DNA from: Mizuhopecten yessoensis
Lineage: Eukaryota
Length of the DNA: 64,000 nucleotides
Assembly (NCBI RefSeq): GCF_002113885.1
Contig: NW_018403786.1
Coordinates: forward strand, 1,497,858 to 1,561,857
Direction: 5' to 3'
Shown: in pieces, positions 53,801-64,000 of the stretch
Layout: each line of letters opens with the position of its first letter
Position numbering within the stretch: position 1 is the stretch's first letter
Program-made: the position numbers and the translations under genes
The notes under the pieces: model-generated
Database searches by the model: none
The model's input: the letters and a program-made list of their open reading frames with translations, nothing else
Told to the model about the DNA's origin: nothing

Positions 53801-56800
53801 TTCTCCCTTTCTTTTCAACAAGCTACCTTTATACATAATACTTCCACAGGGTTACAACAGCATTGAGAAAAGTGTTACAACAATTTATGCGCAGGTAACC
53901 TTGAAATATGTTTAAAGTTATTATAGTTTAATAATACTTCATTTCTGATTTCATTTGCTTTATAAACACACATTCCAAGGTTTTGAATTATAGGTTCGTT
54001 TTCGAGTTATGCCATGATTTTAGTACACTCATTTTGTATGTTTCTTCTTTGACCAATAATTTATGTTGAAAACAGAACCTCTGACAGGTGTCTGAGGGGT
54101 ACAGGTCTTTTTGTCAATGGGGTTTTGTTTTGTGGGGTTTACATAGTTGTTTTGGTCCCTTCTTGGCTGCTGTTTTATTTTCCTATTACCTTTGTTCTAG
54201 TTCCGAATTCGTCCTTAATAGCTCACTTATGGTACATGTTTTATGTTTATCTTGGTACCTCTTGGCCATATTGATTCTCCTTTCCCATGAATATTTTACA
54301 TTTAGCAGTTGTCTGTTGTCGTCTAGAACAATATTTACATGATTTGTTTAACAGAGGTTCTGTCCACATAGGATCTTAGATGAATATAATGGTACAATGA
54401 TTTGTATGTCTTTGATAGAGGTTGTTTTTGCCATGACTGTTTAATGATATATGCAGACAGTTTCATGAACGCACGACCCTTGCTAAATTGGACGCTTAGA
54501 AATATAATTATATTGTTTAAAATACAGTTTGTGGAATCAAACCTATTTTCAAACAGAAATAAATGATGTCATTAAATCATTCAGAAACCAATATCAAACT
54601 GGCTTTAGTACTCACATTGTCAAAGTTATCATCGATGACTTCACCGTCTTTAGATACACATGCAAAGCCTTGTGCATGCTTTTTCATCTCATCTGTAGTG
54701 AAGCAGGACACATCATCAAATCTCTCCCAGATAAAGTCGAAATCCCGTCGGTGCTGGCGAATCTTCTGATCAAACATTGAACTGAAAACAAGAAGGGTAA
54801 CATATTTACAACATCAGATTATCAAGAAAAATGGACCACATGTCAGCAGCATCAGCACACAGAATCAGGATCATAGGTCACATGTTAGTGGCATGCCATA
54901 GTTTACAGTACATAGTAAGGAGCAATATAGTGTTGTGGAGAATGTAAAATATACTGACCCATGCCTAGCGATGGTCCTGGTGAGGAGTTTCTGTGAGAGC
55001 ACAGCTGAGCGCACCATCTTCCTGGACAGATGAATGACCTCACACATCTTCTTGGCCAGCCTATAGTCATGGTCAGTATTGACCACAGTGGGAAACCCAG
55101 CACAGGGCTCTAAAACATAACATAAATCATTTATCTTCGCATTAGTGAGTCTTTAGATTATGAAAAGAATACTGATACTTGGGTGTTTCTTTAAATGAAC
55201 CAACTTATACCTTCACATAAAGTACATGGTATCACTGTTCTATATAATTAGCCACTACACGAAATAGGTTAACAGCATTCCCACCACTTTGAAAACAAAC
55301 TATAAACTCTACATGGTAACCTGGTGGTCTTGACCTTCGATCTTAACTATTGAAGCTGTCATGCTTCTCTACAAGCTGACAAGCACTGGATGAGGCATCA
55401 ATTAGTAAAATATGAAAATATATCTATCGGATGCCTTCATAAGTGAGCATATAAAGAGCGTTGATATTCCATTCAGTACTGCATGTATGAAGAAAGAGAT
55501 ATTTTTAAATATATAAACCAAGTAAGCTAGTGATCTGGACCTTTGATCATCAACTATTAAATAAAATGTACCATGAGACAGATGATAAAGAAGGAATGGC
55601 AAACATTTAATATCTCAGGTACATGATGGGGAAAAGTAATGTGTAGACTTACTGTCAATGACTTTATCAAAGCCTTCAATTTTAAACAGCGGTGGTCCAT
55701 TTCCAGCTGTCTTTGTTGGCATAAGGACAAGTGGGTCTGCTCTGGAGGTATGTGGGTACCGGTAGATAGGGGTATCCTGCATTAGTGTTCCCACAATATC
55801 TCCATTCTCACACAGCGTGACCTGTTCATCTACAGCCAGGCCTGTGATCCGTTTTATATCCTCTGACAGGTTTTTGTACCTAAATCACATAGAGACATCA
55901 GGTAACTATGCGATGAATCATAGCATCACAAAAATTGTATATCAGCTTACTTACTAACAAAAAGTGAGGTTACTACATACAGAACATCAAAGTCAGGTAA
56001 TACACACAGAACATCAGTAAGGGGATAAAACGGATATCAACATTTATGACAGTTATGATGGTATGAAACCAGGTTGCTTACAAACATATCCCATGATGCA
56101 CTGAAGCACTTCTTGGAGAAAGTCTCAAAAATAAAATAAGAATAAAAATAAATATACAACATTTGATATAGCGCCCCATCTAGCTAACATAAGCCACTCT
56201 AAAGCGCTTTACAGTACATAGATATACAATTTAATACAATAAGCATATACATGAATCAATAAAATAATTGAGGAATTCGCAGGAGCTGCCTTATCAGGCA
56301 CTAACTACTAGTCGTATGCCACCTTGCTAAAATCTCCCTATGTGTGTATGCCTGCGTGTGTGCTGGAGATGTAATGTGTCCTGTTTGTAGTGGGACCGTG
56401 TTTCCAACGGCATCATTTATAGTGCCACCTCACTTGAATGCTACAGCACAGATACTGCAACATCCATCCCAGACCAATCTATACTCCACCTCGGTTGTTG
56501 GAGTTGTGTGGGCAGGAGAAAAACACTTTCTCTGAATATCCATGCGTGCGATGACTGCGTGGAAGGTCGGAGTGTTAACCACTTGACCAATCCGCCCAAA
56601 GAAGAGCTTATTATGATCATAAAAATTTAGAATATTTTCAAACCTTGTTTTGTTTTAGAAAAAACAATATTCAAACCTGGTTTTGATTTAAAAAAAAAAC
56701 AAACCCTTATATTTCTGTATTGTTTTGTATGGATCATGATCAGGTTTCTTTTTTGTTTCAATCATCATCAGGAAAAAGTCAATCAGAAACCATACAGATT

Positions 56801-59800
56801 TTATGTCACAGTTGGAATTTGACATCTTAACATGCATGGTCCCTGATTACTTTTTAAGCATTATTTTCAACATTCACGAGGTCATGCATAATAACACTGG
56901 CTTTCTGGACATATTCTACGTCATTGTAGTCTATCAATACTCATTAATGAGGCCACCTTGCAGAAAAAAAGCTAAATGATCTAAAAGGCTATACAACAGG
57001 CAAATTATTCAATGTCTGCCTACAGAAAGTAACAACCTGTATCATGCAATTTAGAAAATAACACTGGAAAGCTAGCAAGTTTGTCAAAATGCAAAAAACT
57101 TTCCTTTTGGTGAAAATATTATTACATGGTTACCTAGAGTCCCTGTCCAGAAAAAGTCGGTAGTGCTGACCGTTGAGGGAGGAGAAAATATGCAGCTGGT
57201 GGACGCTTGGGTCAATGAGTGTGTCTGCTGCATCAAAGAAATCGTCAAATCCCCAGGAGGTATCTTTAGCACTGTCGAACATGCGGACGAGAATGTCCCT
57301 GGTACGGTCCCTCAGGGGCCTTCAACAACGAACATATATTTGTAGAATCAGAACGGCCTCTTGATAATGTAATTATAACAAAAGTATTATTGGTTATTCA
57401 TCTACTCCCTTCCTTTCAAAAAATAATTTCCTGAATATTACATTATTAATTTGTGACAGAATCTGTATTATGATTACCATTAGTGATTTTCTATTTTGTA
57501 AATCTGTAATGATTTAAACTGAATGCGCTGATTTGCTGAAAAAATCCAATTTTTTACAAAAATATAATACGATATCTGTTAAAGCTGCAGTTAAGAATAT
57601 TTTCTTAAATAAATATTAAAAGCATGTTACTCATTTACATATCACATGATTAAATCCAGGACATTCATTGGCTGTTTACACATAGATGATATATGGTATA
57701 GTCATTGAGCTGTATTGACAACATTTTAAATGACATCATTAAAAACGAACTCCTCTCCTTGTTGGAAGCTAATTTTGTCCTGAGGTTGAGAGCCTGTTTT
57801 AATTAGTTAAATATTTTTGAAACCAATTAAATTTGTGTGATATACTGAAGACATCAATATATTCTCTTCTTTGGCAACAGTGCTTGTATAGTATTATTCA
57901 TAGGAGTAAGTACTGCTATCTGCTTAACCCTTTCACCCCTAGGTAATTTTAGTAGACTCTACCATACATTTATCTGTATGAGTCCATTGTGGTCCATAGT
58001 GGTGCAAGGGTTAAACTACTAGGTCGCTTTCTTTTACCATGTTCCAAACAGCTAGACTGATTCAACAAGAGTAGTTTATGAACTAGGGCCAGACCTAATG
58101 ATCTAATGGCGCTTTTACAGTCGGCCTTGGCAAAGACTTTCATGGTTTGCACTAACACTTACATGTCTGTTAGGCTTCATCCCTGAAATGTTCCATTTGA
58201 AAATAAACAGAACAGTTTGTGGGCATAACGAATCAACCCATATAATCCATTGAGTAATAATATACGGTAGCAGTTTCCTCAGAAAAAGGTATTGATGTAT
58301 GACAAGGCAGATAACTGAGACTGTCTACATACATACACTGAGTGACCTATGAGTGCATACCTGGACAGCTTGCAGGTATTTGGAAGCTCCCTGCTCTGCT
58401 CTATGAATGCATAACTGGAGAGCTTGCAGGTATTTTCTGGAAGCTCCCTGCTCTGCTCTATGAATGCATACCTGGAGAGCTTGCAGGTATTTGGAAGCTC
58501 CCTACTCTGCTCTATGAATGCATACCTGGAGAGCTTGCAGGCATTTTTTGGAAGTTCCCTGCTCTACTCTTTAGGTGCATACCTGGAGAGCTTGCAGGTA
58601 TTTGGAAGCTCCCTGCTCTACTCTATGAATGCATACCTGGAGAGCTTGCAGGTATTTGGAAGCTCCCTGCTCTATAATTTGGATAAATATCTGGAGAGCT
58701 TGCAGTTGTTTGGAAGCTCCCTGCTTCACTCTATGGGTGAATACCTTGAAAGCTTGCAGGTATTTGGGAGCCTGGCTCTACTCTAGATCTACGAATACAT
58801 ACCTGGAGAGCTTGCAAGTGTTTGGAAGATCCCTGCTCCACACTATAGGGCCCCCACTAACCAGTTGCTCGCCTGATATCACACCTTTTGCTTTGTTCGA
58901 GAGAATCTCATACCTAAAACAAATCAGCATAACGACTGCCTCACATTAAAAATACCCAGTAGAAAAAGAACACTGACATTGTATATTTCAAGGTGTTTTT
59001 CCAGCTTGATACATTTTTCATTGAAATATTTATATTAATTTTTACAAGTTTATTCAGCTGCATGCTCATGTACATGTAGTACAGTGACTGTTTTCGTAAC
59101 ATTATCCTTTGCCCAAGGTAAATATCACACTTACTTATCTAAATTAGTCTTAAGTGAAATTTTCACCTGGGGCCCAGGTGTTGTAAGGTAAATGAACTAT
59201 TACCTCGAACACCAGCATGCAGTGCAATGTCGTCTCTGGTACTCTATACCATTACCTTGAACTGATAAAGAAGTCCAGAATTGGAGTTGATTGATCAATA
59301 AACTTTTAAATATTTCTTTGTCCTCTTTCCTTCAGGTTATGAGAGTTAAAAGGTATTCATACCTGTTTTTCTTCGCAGTGTGACTGGTTAGTTTAGGTAC
59401 TCAGATATATATTTATATAATAATACCAGTGTGCGTAAACTCGTTAACATGTTCAGTAATGAAGTAATACCTGTGTGTTGTAGTTTAAACATATTTTACA
59501 TGTATTACCATAATCTAGCTGTGATGGGATCAGGTGAAAGTTTTAAAAATGTATAGAAGCCTTTTCTATAACTGGGTGTAGAAACGTGTCATAGTATTCA
59601 GTATTATAGTAATTTAATCAGATATATCATAGTGATACCAGTGTGTGTTATATACTGACATAGATAATCTAATTATTTTCATTGGCTAATATTTGGACAG
59701 TATACTTGGTATTGCAATAACATCAACACATGGGACGTAGTTAGTATAGTAAGAGCTGAAATGCAGGAAACAACAGTATGTGTATCGTTGTTCACACATC

Positions 59801-62800
59801 TTAGTATGAAGTCTGTAAGGTGGGAATTATTACACTGTATGTGAGTCTTTTTGTCTCCCTAAAACATCCTGTCTTAAAAAAAAATGTGTACTCAGCATTT
59901 GGTTTGATTTCTTACATTGGTAAACACAATTATATATACATATGTATGTACCCTAAAAGTTGAGACCATATGACTTATCATTTTTTTAAACTTATTTGCA
60001 TTTATCCTAGATCACTATTTTTGCCTAAAATAGAAACGACACTTTTTTTGTATTTGCGTCTTAAAAAAGGGATTTTAGACAATTTTCTACAAAGTTTTTG
60101 TGCTCATGAGTAAAACAAAACCAAGACAAGTAATATGAACTTGTGTTACCTGTACAAGTACTATTTAATAAAAGTTCTACAGAAAAACCTGTATAACTAA
60201 TAATAAAATTTTGTGAACGGGCCAGTAAAATCTACCATTATAGAGAGTAGCTTACTGTACACTAGAAGGGGTCACTATTTACAAACAAGTATTTTCTGTT
60301 CTAAAAATTCTGTACTAATAATATCTGTTTCTAACTTCATAAGAAAACCAATCAGAGGGATGTGCCCACTTACGTTTTGGCCTTGTCAAAGCGACCACCG
60401 TATGCATGGAATGGTACCTGTCCTGTGGCAGCGTGATATAAAGTCACTCCGAGGCTCCACATGTCTGCTGAGATGTCAAAACCCTGACAGTTACGGTTGT
60501 CTATAAACGCTGCCTTGTATATGTCAGGATGCTGTAATTAATTCAACATCATCCATTGAAGAACAGGAGTACCGCAAGGAGGAACAAAATACACCCGTCG
60601 AATGCCATATAGTGTTATATACTTTCTTACATTGAAAAAAGATCTGCTTCATTCTAAGAGTGGTTAGCTGACATGCTATAAAAAATGTAGAAGAAAATCT
60701 CCGGACAAAATATCAAATCCTGAAATGCACAAAGGGCAGTAAATTTTGCAAAAATAGTTGAATCAAAATTCTTTTTAAGGGAGACACAACTTCATATCAT
60801 GATTATAATGTATACCAAGTTTCAAAGAGATCCGTTGAAAAATGTAGGAGGAGATTGCCGGACAATAATCAAATACTGAAATAAACAAAGGGCAATAACT
60901 TTTGCAAAAAATGTTGAATCCAAATTCTGTTCAAGGAAACACAACAACATATCATGATTAATTAGCCTACTAAGTTTCAAAGAAATCCGTCAAAAAATGT
61001 AGGAGGAGATCTCCGGACAAAAAATCAAATACTGAAATGAACAAAGGGCAATAACTTTTGGAAAAATTGTTGAATCAAAATTCTTTTAAGGGAGACACAA
61101 CTTCATATCATGATTATAATGTATACCAAGTTTCAAGGAGATTGTTCGAAAAATGTAGGAGCAGAATGCCGGACAAACAAAAGTTTATGCCGAACGGACG
61201 GACGGACAGACAACCCCATACCATAATACTTCTGTCAAATTTGACAGGCGTATTAAAAGTAACTGTAATCTGATGAAAACATAGATTCATATTAATGGAA
61301 ATAAAACTATTAAATACTGTCTCCTGGGAAACGTTCTCCCAGTCAAATATTCACACTTTGTCGATAAAGTCCATGCTTGTCTGGTGTAAATTTTGCCCTT
61401 CACATATAATTTCTGTATAATTTTATGTTGCTGTACTGAAAATTCTCCATCATGATAAATTTGCCCTCATTGGGGAGGACAAATTAGACGAAAGTTAAAC
61501 TGTGGTGAAAATTTCCCAGTATACAGAATATTTCTCATACAGCAGTATACAGCAAAATGAGAATACTGTCGATACAATCAATATAGCCGATTCACTCACT
61601 CTAATAGTTGGAAAATGAAATTGTGTAGAAGGTAAAACTTTTACAAATTCCCAATTAAGATGTTCCAGATATTACACAGAAAAATAACCAAGCAAGGATA
61701 AAAAAAATCATCAAAAAAGTTCTTTTAATGAGTATTTAAGCTAAAGGGAGTTAACTCTTCTGTATGTGATGAGAAGCGTTCTATTTATTATTGACTTCTC
61801 TTGATTCTAGTACAACTAGAGCAGCAGCATCTAGTGCATTATAAAGACTTTTTTTATTATCTAATACATCTCAACATATATCATCAAAGACAGTGGAAAC
61901 ATGACGCACCAAGTACTAGGATAGATTTATTATAATTCTGTCGACATGTACACCTACCAAATACTCTTCTGTGCCGACCAGGGACATGAAACAGTCTTTG
62001 TCTCCCAGAGGTTTAGCTGTACCAAAGTCGGACAGCTTGTACACATTGCTGGAAAATATCAGAACAGACAATCAGAAACCATAAACATGTGTAACAGGAT
62101 GAAAAACAAACATCAATTAGACATCAATTAGACTGGGATTAAAACATCCAAAATCTAGAGCATAAATTTGCATGAAATTTGTCACATATTGTGTACATGT
62201 AAATATTAGTGTATCATAATCTGATGAAACGGAATATAAACTAATTAGACCCACAACACTGAAATAATATAAACAATATAAATGTAACGGAATCTTCCTT
62301 CAGTATATACCAGATCAGGATGACATTTCATAATTATGATCTTCAGGCGAGGTCTGTCCATAATTTACTGACCTGGTATGAGAAATATTCAGTGAGGCTG
62401 AGGGCTGAGGTAAATAATGCTCAGACATAAGCCCATTAATGGTAGATCTCAATTGAAGTCCAAAATCATTTAATCATGACATTTTACCTTTCACGTAGCT
62501 CATCCTTTACCTCACATCTGAATCACTTTAAATGCTGGGAATAAGGATTGCATTGACCATTACATAATGTAACAGTTATTTCTATTCTGAACGAGAGGCT
62601 TAATGGGCCTGCATCGCTCACCTGGTATTAATCGAACACTTGTAACCTTAAAAATTATCTAAAATAAAGCTACAGGCAAAATATCAGTATTTATGACTAT
62701 TTACATTGACACATGTGATCTTGAATATAAGTCAAGGTCATTCACTTGAACAAACTTGGAAGCCTTTCATCCTAGCATGCTACTGGCCAGATATCATCAT

Positions 62801-63693
62801 CGTGGCCCTGTCGGTTATTCAGGCCAGGTGAGTTAAAAATGGGATCTGTAGGATATTTACAGATTTGGTTACTTGAAATACCATAACCTATTTTTTTAGT
62901 AAATATCTGTAACACTTTTCTATTCTTAGGATGAGGTCTGTAACTGCTTGATTTGCAGACTCATCACATAATGTCACTCCTCAAATCAGAATTGGGAATT
63001 AGCAACAAGGAGGATCCTCTATCAATACCATTTAGATCAGAATGATATCCTTCATTATTCTAGATCAGACTTATACATACTTAAGCACAGAAAAATTTTA
63101 AGTCTTTTAAATAACCTAATGACAAATTAAAAAATTCAGTTTAAGTGTTAAATTAATGGTTTGCATCAGCTATGCTATGTGTGAAAATAAAACTTTCTTT
63201 AAACTATTGCATTGCAAAAAACACTCCTTCTAGATTTAAATCAAGCTCCTTCAGTAACACTTAATACCAGAAGAGCACTAGCTCCAACTGTGGTGTTATA
63301 AAAATAAGTATCAGCATCGTTACCTACCTGCCGTCATCATCTGTAAAGATAAGGACATTCCCAGGTTTGATGTCTCGATGAGAAAAACCTTGGTTCCTCA
63401 AATGTTTTGTACCATTTACTGAAATACAAACATATTTTCATCTCAAAATAACAATTTAATGAATAGGGAACTTTTTTAATTCAAATTAACTCCAGTGTTT
63501 AGATTATATAACTGCTTACCACCCATCCTCCTAAAATGTAAACACTCTGTCAATAACATTTACCTAAATGCTCGAAGACCCTGAGAAACTCTTCCTCATC
63601 CATACCGAAGCCATTTTCTGGTTCCTTGAGGAGATCCAGTAAACTACCTTTCTCACAGAGTTCCATGACCAGCACATTCCTCTTCGTCAAGCT
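47899..63693 (-). CDS. TBK1/IKBKE-like: TBK1/IKKepsilon-family Ser/Thr kinase (kinase + ULD + coiled-coil scaffold), 16 exons in window, 5' end beyond position 64000
   Basis: Exons (-): 63564-63693, 63328-63418, 61958-62048, 60374-60531, 58803-58913, 57134-57319, 55653-55879, 54959-55109, 54616-54781, 52050-52165, 51204-51320, 50926-51024, 50259-50352, 50008-50087, 49275-49346, 47899-47971 (1962 nt, phases consistent, TGA at 47899-47901). Motifs VLVMELCEKGSL..LLKEPEN.FG, HRDIKPGN, YKLSDFG, FMSLVGTEEYLHP, DMWSLGVTLYHAATG.VPF, GVISG.Q...GPI.WS, WGFDDFF, RLSYHEQ..AFD. Confidence 0.95.
52980..54581. repeat. Near-identical local duplication A-B-A'-C-B' in a kinase intron
   Basis: A 52980-53220 = A' 53532-53772 (offset 552); B 53223-53514 = B' 54290-54581 (offset 1067). 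Confidence 0.93.
55653..55879 (-). CDS. Ubiquitin-like domain exon
   Basis: YKNLSEDIKRITGLAVDEQ...YPHTSRADPLVL. Confidence 0.88.
56128..56596 (-). mobile_element. tRNA-derived SINE (Meta-type core, L2-derived tail)
   Basis: Minus strand: A-box-like tggtcaagtgg head, core ...caagtgaggtggcactataaa..., L2-like tail tgtaaagcgcttt...ggcgctatatcaaat, then a (ttattt)n tail. Confidence 0.7.
57134..57319 (-). CDS. Kinase C-lobe end/ULD start exon
   Basis: PLRDRTRDILVRMFDS...WGFDDFF...LHIFS. Confidence 0.9.
57928..58010. mobile_element. Tiny piggyBac-type MITE (83 bp)
   Basis: TTAA at 57924-57927 and 58011-58014; ccctt..cacc.cta / tag.ggtg..aaggg termini. Confidence 0.7.
58345..58850 (-). repeat. 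54/57-bp minisatellite (~8 intronic copies) built from the kinase exon end plus splice donor
   Basis: Minus-strand unit ATAGAGCAGAGCAGGGAGCTTCCAAATACCTGCAAGCTCTCCAG|GTATGCATTC matches the exon end ATAGTGTGGAGCAGGGATCTTCCAAACACTTGCAAGCTCTCCAG|GTATGTATTC. Confidence 0.94.
58803..58913 (-). CDS. Kinase exon whose 3' end and donor are tandemly repeated
   Basis: YEILSNKAKGVISGEQLVSGGPIVWSRDLPNTCKLS. Confidence 0.93.
60374..60531 (-). CDS. Kinase exon
   Basis: HPDIYKAAF...DMWSLGVTLYHAATGQVPFHAYGGR. Confidence 0.95.
60562..61258 (-). mobile_element. HINE/DINE-1-like non-autonomous Helentron carrying ~156-bp internal tandem repeats
   Basis: Subterminal IRs aatacacccgtc / gacaggcgtatt, terminal palindrome ctgtcaaatttgacag, (ggac)n microsatellite and about three internal ~156-bp repeats (~60682, 60838, 60994, 61150). 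Confidence 0.8.
61958..62048 (-). CDS. Kinase exon with DFG and activation loop
   Basis: NVYKLSDFGTAKPLGDKDCFMSLVGTEEYL. Confidence 0.95.
62589..62839 (-). mobile_element. Short HINE-like element
   Basis: aacgagaggc..tgggcc..tcgctcacctgg ... ccaggtgagttaaaaa termini with subterminal inverted repeats and an internal caaggtca repeat motif. Confidence 0.55.
63328..63418 (-). CDS. Kinase exon with catalytic loop HRDIKPGN
   Basis: NGTKHLRNQGFSHRDIKPGNVLIFTDDDG. Confidence 0.95.
63564..63693 (-). CDS. Kinase exon (SLTKRNVLVMELCEKGSLLDLLKEPENGFGMDEEEFLRVFEHL)
   Basis: AG/GT bounded, 130 bp, TBK1-like sequence. Confidence 0.93.
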
Positions 63694-64000
63694 CTGGAGC
63701 ACACAGAATAAAACACAACGATTAGGGACAGATCTATTGATTACTCCAACAAAGGTACATCAAGGGGAGACAACAATATATGATGTGGTTTTTATAGTTT
63801 GGTTTTCAATTAAACCATTCTATCACGAGAAAAAGAAAAAAAATCCCCCAATTTCTACAACCAACATATAATAAAGGAAGCAATGTTTTTTGTAGCTGTC
63901 TATGGTTAACCAGCATACTTGCCAACATTTTTTTTATTTTTAAGGGGGAAATTATGCTTGCTCAGAATTATAAGCATAAACATAATGCGTGTATGAACAC

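Noticed and set aside
56550-56596. tRNA-like sequence
   Set aside because: Only an A-box-like head with no B box or cloverleaf; it is part of a SINE.
58342-58949. Plus-strand repetitive ORFs (YECIPGELAGIWKLPALL)n
   Set aside because: Antisense reading of the donor minisatellite; no independent coding evidence.

Overview
AT-rich, intron-containing eukaryotic genomic DNA. The repeat types (HINE/DINE-like elements, Meta/Deu-type SINEs, CR1/L2/RTE LINEs) suggest an invertebrate, most likely a bivalve mollusc; this is inference. Three host genes can be built by hand with GT-AG sites and consistent phases. (1) A complete 8-exon GH29 alpha-L-fucosidase on + (26293-38866, 469 aa). (2) An intronless CLN8-like TLC-domain membrane protein on - (43308-44147) ending in KKDS. 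(3) Sixteen exons of a TBK1/IKKepsilon-family kinase on - (47899-63693; its first coding exons lie beyond the window end). A separate 87-bp TBK1/IKKe-type first coding exon at 13974-14060 (-) points to a second paralog or an orphan duplicated exon. The rest is decayed LINEs, a Gypsy integrase/LTR remnant, a hAT MITE with a perfect 8-bp TSD and an internal 79-bp-arm palindrome, other MITEs and SINEs, a ~5.5-kb array of a ~180-bp satellite, and several minisatellites. The most unusual signal is that two unrelated neighbouring genes each carry a minisatellite whose unit is the 3' end of a coding exon plus its own 5' splice donor. In the fucosidase the 27-bp unit is in frame and contains the codon matching the catalytic acid/base Asp. 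In the kinase the 54-bp array lies behind an in-frame stop. No CRISPR, rRNA or true tRNA genes were seen.
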